Below, one piece after another: positions 54,763-64,000 of a stretch of DNA of 64,000 bases (position 1 is the first letter of the stretch; each line of letters opens with the position of its first letter). The stretch spans positions 80,389 through 144,388 of the forward strand of contig JACPWD010000032.1 of the NCBI GenBank assembly GCA_016197285.1. The letters run 5' to 3'. The DNA comes from Deltaproteobacteria bacterium (GTDB lineage Bacteria; Desulfobacterota; Binatia; Bin18). Both the position numbers and the translations under genes were made by a program. Below the pieces are notes generated by a model. That model had not been told where the DNA came from and made no database searches. It saw only the letters and a list, made by a program, of their open reading frames with translations.

Positions 54763-55968
54763 TTACCTGCTCGCAGTTGCTTGTGGGTGGCTTATCGGGG
54801 CCGGTGGCGCGTTACCCTTCTTCCGATCCAGGATGCGGTTCGTCAGTTGGTTCACGTAGCGTTCCAAGGGGATAGCACAGACCGTCAGCGCGGCGATCAG
54901 CAGGCACCCCAAGAGCGACACAGTGAGCATGCTCTTGTCGCGCAGGAGTTCGCCAAAGTAGATGACATACGGCTGGTGCAACAGATACAAGCCGTAGGAA
55001 AAGGCACCGACATACGCGAGCATGCTGCCGAGCCGAGGCACGAGATTCGTCCAGACCGATATGTGCGCGAGGATGATGAACAAGCCGGTGCCGATCAGTG
55101 CATCGGTCAACGTGTAGGCGAGCGCCGGACCGTAGCTGTAGAGCCCGGCCACGTAGAGCGCCACCCCAGCGAAGAACGTGCTCCCGGTGAACAGGCGTTC
55201 CTGGGCGACCTCCTGATGATGACGGTACAACCAGCCGAGCACCATGCCGGCAGCGAACTCCCAGAGCCGGGCCCCGAAGAACGCGCCTTGGACGTAATAC
55301 CCATGAGCACCGAGGACGAAGAGTAAAAGGTAACGGCTGAGAATGGTGAGCGCGCCGCACACCAGAAGAAACTTGATCGGCCCCAATTTTTGTAGGAGAC
55401 GAAAGAGCAATGGGAACACTAAGTACAGTTCAACCAGCAATCCGAAGTACCACCACGCGGGATTGATGTAGTAAAAGATGCTGGATACCGGCCACACGCG
55501 GTCGCCGAGCAAGCTCAAGAACAGCCGATAATCGAGCGGTTCGGGCAGCGCGATGAAGGGGGAGATCAAGCACACCACATGTGCCAGCCAGTACATAGGG
55601 AATAGGCGCAACAAGCGACCGCGATACCAGGTCAGCCAACCGCCGTCAGGGCTGCCGATTTTGGCCAGAGAATAGGTCAATCCGAAACCGCTCAAGATCA
55701 AAAACACTGCCACGGCATGGAAGCCCACGGAGGCAACGGCGACATAGAATCCTTTAGCGAGGCAGCCTGTGGTTTCTAGTGGAGAAGTCGGGGCGCACTG
55801 TTGTAGGAAGGAGGAAAAATAGTGCGGCCCCAGCGCGGAAGGAAAGCGGTCGTTGCCGTAAGCGCCGAAGAAATGGAAGAAGGCAATCCATAAGATCGAG
55901 ATTCCTTTGATGCTGTCGAGCCACGACAAGCGGGTGATTCCTGAGGCTGGTGTAGCGGCAGTGGCCAT
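54763..55968 (-). CDS. acyltransferase-3 family membrane protein
   Basis: ...LDSIKGISILWIAFFHFFG... 401 aa, about 10 TM helices. Confidence 0.8.
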   Translation of the reverse strand: MATAATPASGITRLSWLDSIKGISILWIAFFHFFGAYGNDRFPSALGPHYFSSFLQQCAPTSPLETTGCLAKGFYVAVASVGFHAVAVFLILSGFGLTYSLAKIGSPDGGWLTWYRGRLLRLFPMYWLAHVVCLISPFIALPEPLDYRLFLSLLGDRVWPVSSIFYYINPAWWYFGLLVELYLVFPLLFRLLQKLGPIKFLLVCGALTILSRYLLLFVLGAHGYYVQGAFFGARLWEFAAGMVLGWLYRHHQEVAQERLFTGSTFFAGVALYVAGLYSYGPALAYTLTDALIGTGLFIILAHISVWTNLVPRLGSMLAYVGAFSYGLYLLHQPYVIYFGELLRDKSMLTVSLLGCLLIAALTVCAIPLERYVNQLTNRILDRKKGNAPPAPISHPQATASR

Positions 55969-56115
55969 GGACTTGCTCCTCTTGCTGGGATCATAGCCTG
56001 CCTGTCACGGACTGCGGTTGTCAAGGTGCGAACGTGTTGCGGCGCACTGTCGCTTTCGCTACCGTTCGTAAGGGAGAGTCCGAAAGACTGAGGCACCTAT
56101 GAGGAGGGAAAGACA

Positions 56116-57333
56116 ATGACGCCTGCGATTATGAGAAGACTACTCGCGCTCGTGCTGATCTGTGGAACTGTCAGCCTTGGCGCGCCTCGTTCGCTCTGGG
56201 CTGAGGCGGAGCAGCCCCAGCAGGTGCTTCTCACCTGGATGTCGGTGACAAACTGGTTATTCGAGATCGGCAACACTCGTATCCTCATGGATGGATATAT
56301 CACCCGCATCCCGGAGGCCGCGTTTTCCGGCGTGGGCTTTGCCACCGCGACGCCGACAAAACCCGACGAGCCAGCCATCCGCCGTCTCATCGACGCGCTG
56401 GGTGCCAGCGGTAAGATCGACTTTGTACTGACCGGACACAGTCACTACGATCACTCCTTCGATGCTGCAATGTGGAGCAAACTGACCGATGCGCCTATCA
56501 TCGGCTCGCGCTCGACTTGTCTCCAGGCTGTTGCCCAAGGCGTGCTAGCCTCGCAATGTACTGCTGTCGAAGGTGGAGAAGTCCTCCCGCTGGGCGATCA
56601 TGTGACCGTCAGAGTGGTGCGCTGGAATCACAGTGGAGACGTGTCCACGCCCATGGGTCGTGTCCTCTACACTCCGATGGAATTAGTGAACGGCCCGACG
56701 GTTCCGGCTGGAGCCGAAGGACTGCGGCCCGGCACCTTGCAAGACTTTCCCAACGGCGGCGGCGCGCGCGCCTACCTGTTTACTGTTACGACAGCGACTG
56801 GACCGGTGAGCTGGTTCTATTCCAACACGGGCAACGCCGAGACCTTTCAACGTCCAGCAGCCGTCGATGCGCAGTTCTTTCAGAGCCAAGGGTTTTCGCT
56901 CGACAACCTGGTCTTTGCCTCGCAGCAGAACTCGCCTCAAGAGAACCTCCGCGCGGCTCTGAAAGCCGCTGGTCTTGAGCGCGTTGATGTGTGGATCGGC
57001 TATAGTGACCAAAGCCTTGCTGAAGTGGTGGGCAAGATCCTCCGCCCGCAGGTCCATATTCCCCATCATTGGGATGGTTTGTTCACGTCGTTCTTTGCCG
57101 GTGTGCCATTTCCCTATGCTTCAGTAGCCGGAACTGACCGTGTGGCGGCAGCGTTCAAAACGCAATCGATCACGCTCCTTCCTCCACAGCAATACATGGA
57201 CACCTACCGACTGACAGCGACCGGAGTGACGCCAATCGCTAATGACGCGATCAAGGCAAAACTGGGATTAAACAAACCCCCGCCTGCGGTCTTTTCCGCA
57301 GCGCCCGGACGGATCGCCGCCCACATCGATTGA
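56116..57333 (+). CDS. secreted MBL-fold metallohydrolase
   Basis: Signal peptide; ...FVLTGHSHYDHSFD... (HxHxDH motif). Confidence 0.7.
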   Translation: MTPAIMRRLLALVLICGTVSLGAPRSLWAEAEQPQQVLLTWMSVTNWLFEIGNTRILMDGYITRIPEAAFSGVGFATATPTKPDEPAIRRLIDALGASGKIDFVLTGHSHYDHSFDAAMWSKLTDAPIIGSRSTCLQAVAQGVLASQCTAVEGGEVLPLGDHVTVRVVRWNHSGDVSTPMGRVLYTPMELVNGPTVPAGAEGLRPGTLQDFPNGGGARAYLFTVTTATGPVSWFYSNTGNAETFQRPAAVDAQFFQSQGFSLDNLVFASQQNSPQENLRAALKAAGLERVDVWIGYSDQSLAEVVGKILRPQVHIPHHWDGLFTSFFAGVPFPYASVAGTDRVAAAFKTQSITLLPPQQYMDTYRLTATGVTPIANDAIKAKLGLNKPPPAVFSAAPGRIAAHID

Positions 57334-57368
57334 ACCTAAACCAAACGCCATGAGCTTGACACACCAGC

Positions 57369-57443
57369 GTTGTCACCCTGAACGAAGTGAAGGGTCTTGC
57401 TTTCAGCGTCGAAGAAAGATGTCTCGCTCCGCTCGACATGACA
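57369..57443. repeat. MITE-like palindromic repeat, family A (second copy)
   Basis: gttgtcaccctgaacgaagtgaagggtcttg...tctcgctccgctcgacatgacat; left arm near-identical to 1194-1225. Confidence 0.7.
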
Positions 57444-57445
57444 TA

Positions 57446-57871
57446 TTACTCACCGTTATCCAGATAGGTCTTGGTCAGGAAAAACGCATGTAAGCGCTCG
57501 AAGGAAGGGAAGTACCGATCCACGACCGCCCGCAGCACCTCCTCGAACACGCTGCTGTCGTAAGTATGGGAGAGGAGGTTGCGGTGCAGCATCCTATCGA
57601 TCCAAATTTGCGCGTCATCGAGGAGCTTGGCGGCAAAGGCTTCCTTGATGACCGTGCGGGGCGTCACCGGATTCATGACAAGACCATTTTCCTCTAGATA
57701 ATCCTTGAGTGTTTTCCAGGCCAGCTCGAACGCGACTGCAAAGCGCTGGATGGCGCCTTCTTTCTCCAGTTGGGACAGGGAATCAACCCCCCGTTCGCAG
57801 ACCTCGCGTAACAAGACAAAGGCGCGGTCGAAGTTATCGAATCGTTGCTTCCAACAGATGTCGCTATTCAT
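57446..57871 (-). CDS. HEPN-domain protein, HI0074 family (nucleotidyltransferase substrate-binding protein)
   Basis: MNSDICWKQRFDNFDRAF...QRFAVAFELAWKTLKDYLEENG...AFAAKLLDD...WIDRMLHRNLLSHTYD... matches the HI0074/HEPN family. The ORF track's TTG-started extension to 58012 is probably not translated. Confidence 0.8.
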   Translation of the reverse strand: MNSDICWKQRFDNFDRAFVLLREVCERGVDSLSQLEKEGAIQRFAVAFELAWKTLKDYLEENGLVMNPVTPRTVIKEAFAAKLLDDAQIWIDRMLHRNLLSHTYDSSVFEEVLRAVVDRYFPSFERLHAFFLTKTYLDNGE

Positions 57872-58177
57872 AAGAAGACGCTCGCACGTGGTGGCTCTGG
57901 GGCACCCAACTTCAGATCGCAATATCCTTCTGTTAGCCTCGGGTGTCAAGGCTTTTCTTGGCAGGATATCCAGGTCAGAAGACTGATGGTAACGAGAAGC
58001 GCTCTGGGGCAACGACCTGCGTCCCTTGTCGCTCGCGAGCGATTACGATAAAGAGAAACGATTCTATCTTTTAGAGACCAAGCTGCCAAGACGCAGCAGA
58101 AAAAGAGAAGCTTTCTGCTTTATTGCTGTCTGTTTGACTTGTAGCAGGGAGACGGTGAAGGCGGAGGAGCGCATGGA

Positions 58178-60568
58178 ATGGCCACGATGCTGACCGAAGC
58201 CGATACGTGCCGGAAATACGTCCTGCCGAGACTCGTCGCAGCGGGCTGGGATAACGATCCCCACTCCTTCACCGAGCAAAAGACCTTCACCGATGGCCGG
58301 ATCGAGATTATCGGCAACCTGAAACATCGCCGCCCGCAAAAACGGGCGGACTACCTCTTGCGCTATACCCGCGACTTTACGATTGCGGTAGTCGAAGCCA
58401 AAGCCGCCGACAAATCTCCCAGCGTTGGGCTGCAACAAGCGAAGGAATACGCCGAGATTCTCGGGCTGAAATTCGCTTACTCAACGAATGGTCACGGCAT
58501 CGTCGAGTTTGACTACCTGACCGGGAAAGAGAGCCTGCTCGCGGCCTTCCCTACTCCCCAGGAGCTATGGACTCGCCTCTGTCAGAAAGAAGGGCTGAAA
58601 GCGGAAGCAGCAAACCGTCTCCTGACGCCTTCTCATCATCTCATCGGCAAGAGCCCGCGCTATTATCAGGAGATCGCTATTAATCGCGCCGTGCAGGCGA
58701 TTCTCCAGGGCAAACGGCGAATCTTGCTTACGATGGCCACGGGCACGGGCAAGACGCTGGTGGCTTTTCAAATCTGCTGGAAGCTGTGGAATGCGCGTTG
58801 GAACCGCACCGGCGAGTATCGCCGCCCCAAGGTTCTCTATCTCGCCGACCGCAATATCCTGATTGACGATCCCAAGGATAAAACCTTTACGCCCTTCGGT
58901 GATGCGCGCTGGAAGATCGAAAACGGCGAGATCAAGAAAGGCCGGGAGATCTACTTCGCCATCTATCAAGCCATCGCGGAAGACGAGCGCCGACCGGGCC
59001 TCTACCGCGAGTATGCCCGCGACTTTTTTGACCTGATCATTGTGGATGAATGTCACCGCGGCAGCGCGCGTGATGAAAGCAACTGGCGTGAGATTCTGGA
59101 ATACTTCGAACCCGCCTATCAACTCGGAATGACAGCGACGCCGTCGCGTGCTGAAAATCGCGCCACCTATCGCTACTTCGGCAACCCGCTCTACCAATAC
59201 AGCTTGCGGCAAGGCATCGACGATGGCTTTCTTGCGCCGTATCGGGTGCACCGAGTGCTCACCACTTGGGATGCCGCCGGCTGGCGACCAAGTAAGGGTG
59301 ACTTGGACCGCTATGGCCGGGAGATCCCCGACGAAGAGTATCAGACCAAAGACTTTGAACGGGTGGTCGCGTTGCGCGCCCGCACGGAAACGATTGCGCG
59401 CCACCTCACCGACTTTCTCAAGAAGACCGATCGCTTTGCCAAAACCATCGTCTTCTGCGTGGATCAAGCGCACGCCGACGAGATGCGCCGGGCGCTCAAT
59501 AATCTCAATGCCGACCTCGTACAGAAATATCCTGACTATGTCTGCCGTGTCACTGCCGACGAAGGCCATATCGGGCGCGGCCACCTGAGCCGGTTTCAGG
59601 AGCTGGAAACCACCACCCCGGTGATTCTGACGACCTCGCAATTATTGACCACTGGGATAGATGCCCCCACATGTAAAAATATCGTCTTGGCGCGGGTGAG
59701 CAACTCGATGACGGAATTCAAGCAGATCATCGGTCGCGGCACTCGCGTGCGGGATGACTACGGCAAGCTCTCGTTCGATATCCTCGACTATACCGGCTCG
59801 GCCACCCGTCTCTTTGCTGACCCGGAATTCGATGGCGATCCCGCCCTCATTATTGAGGTAACGGTCGATGAGAACGGCGTGCCGATTCCTGGCACGGAGC
59901 AAATTACAGCAGGTGCCCCAGCCCTTTATCCGGAAGAGCAAGCGAACGAGCAGCCGCTCGGTCAATTACAGCTCTCAGCCGAGGCCGAAGGCGTGCGGCG
60001 CAAATACTATTTCGATGGCGGGCAAGTGGAAATTGCGGCGCATTTGGTCTACGACCTCGCTCCTGACGGCAAGCAACTCCGCGTGGTCAAATATACCGAC
60101 TACACTGCCGAGCAGGTGCGCTCGCTCTATGCCTCGGCGGCGGCCATACAGAAGCGATGGGGAGACCCTGAACAGCGAGCCGAGATTCTCGGACAGCTCG
60201 AAGAGCGCGGCATCGATTTCGAAGAATTGGCAGCGGCGACCAATCACCCGGAATCCGACCCCTTCGACCTGCTCTGCCACGTCGCGTTTAATGCACCGCT
60301 CCGCACGCGACGCGAGCGGGCTGACCGACTCCGCCGCGAGAAGAAAGACTTCTTTGAGCGGTATGGGGCCGATGCTCGCGCGATCCTGCTTGCCTTACTC
60401 GACAAGTATGCCGATCACGGGATGGCGCAGTTCGTTATTCCTGACGTGTTGAAGGTGCCGCCCATCTCCGAGCGCGGCAACGTGATGGAAATCGCCCGCC
60501 TCTTTGGCGGTGCAGAGCGACTGCGGCAGGCCGTGACGCAACTGCAAACGCTCCTTTACGCCGCATAA
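58178..60568 (+). CDS. hsdR: Type I restriction endonuclease R subunit (second system; HSDR_N + SF2 helicase + EcoEI-type C-terminal domain)
   Basis: MATMLTEADTCRKYVLPRLVAAGW... (HSDR_N), ...LLTMATGTGKT... (motif I), ...IIVDECHRGS... (DECH), 796 aa. Confidence 0.9.
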   Translation: MATMLTEADTCRKYVLPRLVAAGWDNDPHSFTEQKTFTDGRIEIIGNLKHRRPQKRADYLLRYTRDFTIAVVEAKAADKSPSVGLQQAKEYAEILGLKFAYSTNGHGIVEFDYLTGKESLLAAFPTPQELWTRLCQKEGLKAEAANRLLTPSHHLIGKSPRYYQEIAINRAVQAILQGKRRILLTMATGTGKTLVAFQICWKLWNARWNRTGEYRRPKVLYLADRNILIDDPKDKTFTPFGDARWKIENGEIKKGREIYFAIYQAIAEDERRPGLYREYARDFFDLIIVDECHRGSARDESNWREILEYFEPAYQLGMTATPSRAENRATYRYFGNPLYQYSLRQGIDDGFLAPYRVHRVLTTWDAAGWRPSKGDLDRYGREIPDEEYQTKDFERVVALRARTETIARHLTDFLKKTDRFAKTIVFCVDQAHADEMRRALNNLNADLVQKYPDYVCRVTADEGHIGRGHLSRFQELETTTPVILTTSQLLTTGIDAPTCKNIVLARVSNSMTEFKQIIGRGTRVRDDYGKLSFDILDYTGSATRLFADPEFDGDPALIIEVTVDENGVPIPGTEQITAGAPALYPEEQANEQPLGQLQLSAEAEGVRRKYYFDGGQVEIAAHLVYDLAPDGKQLRVVKYTDYTAEQVRSLYASAAAIQKRWGDPEQRAEILGQLEERGIDFEELAAATNHPESDPFDLLCHVAFNAPLRTRRERADRLRREKKDFFERYGADARAILLALLDKYADHGMAQFVIPDVLKVPPISERGNVMEIARLFGGAERLRQAVTQLQTLLYAA

Positions 60569-60583
60569 GGAAAAGATGAGCCT

Positions 60584-62182
60584 ATGGCGCTGGCAAAGAA
60601 GAAAGACCAACAGTTGGATCTCCTCAATCTTCTGCAAAGGGGGGAAAAGAGAGCACCCTCCAAGACACCCCCGCCGCAAACAACCGCCCAGCAACTCGGC
60701 AGCATCGTCAAATCCGCGCGCGACATCATGCGTAAGGATAAGGGGTTGAATGGCGACCTCGATCGCTTGCCTATGCTCACCTGGATCATGTTTCTGAAAT
60801 TTCTCGATGACATGGAGCAGATCCGCGGGGAAGAGGCGATCCTGGAAAGCAAGCGCTTCCGCCCGGCTATCGAGCCGCCGTATCGGTGGCGTGATTGGGC
60901 GGCAAAAGAGGCAGGCGTCACCGGAGATGAGCTGATTGCCTTCGTGAATAACGATGAAGCGATACGCCCGGATGGCAAACGTGGGGCTGGGCTCTTCGCC
61001 TATCTACGTAGCCTCCAAGGAGCCAATGGCGGTGATCGCCGGGATGTGGTGGCGACAGTCTTCAAGGGCACGATCAACCGCATGATCAATGGCTACCTGC
61101 TGCGGGATGTGATCAACAAGGTGAATGGCATCCACTTCACCTCCAGCGAAGAGATCCACACCCTAGGCCATCTCTATGAGTCCATGCTCAAGGAGATGCG
61201 GGATGCTGCGGGCGACTCGGGGGAGTTTTACACGCCACGTGCTGTCGTGCGCTTCATGGTCGATGTGCTCGATCCGCGTCTTGGCGAGACTGTGCTTGAT
61301 CCGGCCTGCGGCACCGGTGGATTTCTCGTGGAGGCGTACACGCACTTGGAGAAGCAGTGCAAGACTGTAAAGGATCGGCAGATCTTGCAAACGCAAAGCC
61401 TTGCCGGTGGGGAAGCGAAGCCGCTTCCCTATCTGCTGGCACAGATGAATCTGCTGCTGCATGGGCTGGAATCCCCGCCGATTGACCCCGGCAATAGCTT
61501 GCGGTTTCCGCTCAAAGAAATTGGCGATAAAGACCGGGTGGATATGATCCTTACTAATCCCCCCTTTGGCGGCGAAGAAGAGCGCGGCATCCTCTCGAAC
61601 TTTCCTGAAGACAAGCAGACCTCGGAGACGGCGCTGCTCTTCTTGCAACTCATCATGCGCAAGCTCAAGCGGCAGCCCAAGCCGGGGCGCGCCGGGCTGG
61701 TCGTGCCTAACGGCACGCTTTTCGGGGATGGCATTTGCGCCAAGATCAAAGAAGAGCTGCTCACGCAATTCAACCTGCACACCATCGTCCGTCTGCCCAA
61801 CGGCGTGTTTGCCCCCTACACGAGCATTCCGACGAATCTGCTCTTCTTCGACCGCTCAGGACCGACGGAAGCAATCTGGTACTACGAGCAGCCCTTGCCA
61901 GAGGGGCGGAAGCAATACACCAAGACACAACCTTTGCAGTATGAGGACTTTGCGCCGTGCCTGACTTGGTGGAACCAGCGTGAGGAGAACGACCGCGCGT
62001 GGCGAGCGCCGGCCAGCGAGATTCGGAAAAACAATTGCAACCTTGACCTCAAGAATCCCACCGGCAAGCAAGACTTCGAGCACCTGCCGCCGGAGCGACT
62101 GATCGAGGACATCCTCAAAAAAGAACAGCGCATTGTCGTGTTGATGGCGGAGATCGAAGCGGTGCTGGCGGAGAAACCATGA
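60584..62182 (+). CDS. hsdM: Type I R-M N6-adenine DNA methyltransferase subunit (second system)
   Basis: ...DPACGTGGFLVEA... (motif I), ...ILTNPPFGG... (motif IV), 532 aa. Confidence 0.92.
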   Translation: MALAKKKDQQLDLLNLLQRGEKRAPSKTPPPQTTAQQLGSIVKSARDIMRKDKGLNGDLDRLPMLTWIMFLKFLDDMEQIRGEEAILESKRFRPAIEPPYRWRDWAAKEAGVTGDELIAFVNNDEAIRPDGKRGAGLFAYLRSLQGANGGDRRDVVATVFKGTINRMINGYLLRDVINKVNGIHFTSSEEIHTLGHLYESMLKEMRDAAGDSGEFYTPRAVVRFMVDVLDPRLGETVLDPACGTGGFLVEAYTHLEKQCKTVKDRQILQTQSLAGGEAKPLPYLLAQMNLLLHGLESPPIDPGNSLRFPLKEIGDKDRVDMILTNPPFGGEEERGILSNFPEDKQTSETALLFLQLIMRKLKRQPKPGRAGLVVPNGTLFGDGICAKIKEELLTQFNLHTIVRLPNGVFAPYTSIPTNLLFFDRSGPTEAIWYYEQPLPEGRKQYTKTQPLQYEDFAPCLTWWNQREENDRAWRAPASEIRKNNCNLDLKNPTGKQDFEHLPPERLIEDILKKEQRIVVLMAEIEAVLAEKP

Positions 62183-63372
62183 AGCACCGTCCCGCCAAGT
62201 CTACGCCAGGGAGACCGTCGGCTGTGCGTCACGGCCAACGTGACTACGAGGATATGCTCTCGGGAGTTGTCGAACTTCTGGATGCTGCGCGCCGCGCTGC
62301 TGCCCGTAGCGTCAATGCCCTTATGACGGCCACGTACTGGGAGATTGGCCGCAGGATCGTGGAGCGCGAGCAGGGTGGCAGAAAACGCGCGGAGTATGGA
62401 GAAGAGCTGATTGAGCGACTCTCTGTAGACCTCACTGCGCGGTTCGGACGTGGGTTTGGCCGTCGCAATCTCTTCCTTATGCGGTCGTTCTTTCTGGCAT
62501 TTCGCGGGAAAGTGCAGACACTGTCTGCACTTTCCACTGCGGCAATTCGCTCCACGCCGTCGAGCAAATCTCCACGCTCGGTTCCCCAAGTGCTGTCCGA
62601 GAAATCCGCAACACCGTCGCGGATTTTGTCGCTTGCCGACCTTGCCCATACTTTTCCCCTCCCCTGGTCACACTATGTCCTCCTCATCAGCCGCGCCCGG
62701 TCACCTGAGGCGCTTGAGTTTTATCACACTGAAGCGTTACGCGGCGGCTGGTCCGTGCGTCAGCTTGCCCGGCAGATTGGCAGCCAATTCTACGAACGCA
62801 CCGCTCTTTCCAAGAATAAGGCGGCGATGCTCACCAAAGGCACGCGGACCAAACCGGAGGATGCGGTGACCGCCGATGAGGAAATTCGTGACCCGTTGGT
62901 CTTGGAATTCCTGAACCTCAAGGACGAGTATTCCGAGCGTGAGCTGGAGGAAGCGCTGATTCGGCATCTCGAAACATTCTTGCTCGAACTCGGGGGCGAC
63001 TTTGCCTTTGTCGGACGCCAGCGGCGACTGCGCGTCGATGACGAATGGTATCGTGTAGATTTAGTGTTCTTCCACCGCGTGTTGCGTTGTCTCGTCATCA
63101 TCGATCTCAAGCTTGATCGTTTCACACACGCCGATGCTGGGCAGATGCACCTCTACCTCAACTACGCGCGTGCTCACTGGACACGACCTAACGAGAATCC
63201 TCCCGTTGGCATCATCCTCTGTGCAAGCAAGGGCGAGGCGCTGGTGCATTATGCGACCGAGGGACTGCCAAACCAGATGGTGGTGCGTGAGTACCTCACA
63301 GTACTTCCTGACGAAAAGCTGCTTGCGAAAGAAATCGAGCAGACTCGCAAGCGTTTGGAGGAGCGGAGATGA
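62179..63372 (+). CDS. DUF1016/YhcG-like PD-(D/E)xK nuclease-fold protein embedded in the R-M operon
   Basis: ...WSHYVLLISRARSPEALEFYHTEALRGGWSVRQLARQIGSQFYER... and ...DLVFFHRVLRCLVIIDLKLDRF... (PD-ExK-like core). ATGA overlaps at both ends. Confidence 0.75.
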   Translation: MKHRPAKSTPGRPSAVRHGQRDYEDMLSGVVELLDAARRAAARSVNALMTATYWEIGRRIVEREQGGRKRAEYGEELIERLSVDLTARFGRGFGRRNLFLMRSFFLAFRGKVQTLSALSTAAIRSTPSSKSPRSVPQVLSEKSATPSRILSLADLAHTFPLPWSHYVLLISRARSPEALEFYHTEALRGGWSVRQLARQIGSQFYERTALSKNKAAMLTKGTRTKPEDAVTADEEIRDPLVLEFLNLKDEYSERELEEALIRHLETFLLELGGDFAFVGRQRRLRVDDEWYRVDLVFFHRVLRCLVIIDLKLDRFTHADAGQMHLYLNYARAHWTRPNENPPVGIILCASKGEALVHYATEGLPNQMVVREYLTVLPDEKLLAKEIEQTRKRLEERR

Positions 63373-64000
63373 AACGACAATGGCCCATGGTGCCATTGGG
63401 TGAGGTGCTGAGACTCGACCTCGACCGAGTTGTTGTCGATGCAAGTCGAACCTATCCGATGGTTGGTGTTTACAGTTTCGGACGCGGATTATTTGACCGA
63501 GAACCTGTTGAAGCGGGCAAGACGAGCTACCGTCATTTCTTCCGTCTCAAAGCTGACCACATCATAATGAGTCAACTCTTCGGGTGGGAAGGTGCTTTAG
63601 CCCTTTCTTCACCACAGTTCACTGGGAAGTTCGTTTCGCCGCAGTTTCCAACATTTCTTTGTGACGAGTTGAAATTAGATCGTCTGTTTCTCAAATGGCT
63701 AATGAAACGCCCGATGTTCTGGCAAGATCTTGGCTCTCGTGCAAGTGGCATGGGCGACCGACGGCGCACACTTAATCCTGACGCACTTTTCAAATGCGAA
63801 ATCCCCCTCCCCTCGCTTTCCGAGCAGCAGCGCATCGTGGCGCGGATCGAAGAGCTAGCCGTCAAGATCGAAGAGGCGCGAGGGCTGCGGCGGCAGGCAG
63901 TGGCGGAGACGACTTCGTTCGTCAGCAGCTTACATTTGAGCTTGGCCGGGGAAAGAGTCGTTGCACTGGGCGATATTCTCAGACTCGATGAATCCAAAGA
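63369..64000 (+). CDS. hsdS: Type I R-M specificity subunit HsdS (second system), 5' part; runs off window end
   Basis: Manual translation gives MKRQWPMVPLGEVLRLDLDRVVVDASRTYPMVGVYSFGRG...IPLPSLSEQQRIVARIEELAVKIEEARGLRRQ...VVALGDILRLDESK, with a TRD1, the conserved central repeat, and the start of TRD2. Confidence 0.85.
   Translation, partial: MKRQWPMVPLGEVLRLDLDRVVVDASRTYPMVGVYSFGRGLFDREPVEAGKTSYRHFFRLKADHIIMSQLFGWEGALALSSPQFTGKFVSPQFPTFLCDELKLDRLFLKWLMKRPMFWQDLGSRASGMGDRRRTLNPDALFKCEIPLPSLSEQQRIVARIEELAVKIEEARGLRRQAVAETTSFVSSLHLSLAGERVVALGDILRLDESK

Noticed and set aside
57446-58012. Full 188-aa TTG-initiated ORF for the HEPN gene
   Set aside because: Only the C-terminal 141 aa (from ATG 57871) match the HI0074 family. 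The upstream part is better explained as an MNT remnant than as an N-terminal extension.

Overview
This is a high-GC (~60%) bacterial chromosome segment centred on the replication origin. The core gene order is hemL, then atpZ-atpI-atpB-atpE on the minus strand (an F0-only half operon with no atpF), then dnaA, an oriC with at least ten DnaA boxes and an AT-rich unwinding element, then dnaN, gyrB and gyrA. There is no recF.

Immediately downstream of gyrA sits a decaying Type I restriction-modification locus. Its hsdM is frameshifted, hsdS has a second homopolymer frameshift, an IS200/RAYT-like Y1 transposase with 23-bp inverted flanks is inserted between hsdS and hsdR, and a truncated DUF45/M48 gene follows hsdR. 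The hsdM and hsdR coding sequences carry short in-frame palindromic insertions related to MITE elements, and five MITE copies of related families lie in intergenic regions.

The rest of the window is mostly metabolic housekeeping. It includes asd, enoyl-CoA hydratase, a Qor-like reductase, radC, two MaoC dehydratases, ssb, ggt, an acyl-CoA dehydrogenase, nth and a VapBC-like toxin-antitoxin pair. It also includes an AmpG-like MFS transporter, a large double-zinc-ribbon + adenylyl-cyclase + AAA + TPR signalling protein, etfAB, an IclR regulator, a split biotin carboxylase and BCCP, and a tandem pair of PQQ dehydrogenase-cytochrome c paralogs.

The 3' end holds a second defence cluster: an orphan HEPN (HI0074-type) gene with a decayed MNT partner upstream, then an intact Type I R-M system ordered hsdR, hsdM, DUF1016 nuclease, hsdS with 4-nt ATGA overlaps. 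I found no rRNA, tRNA or CRISPR array.
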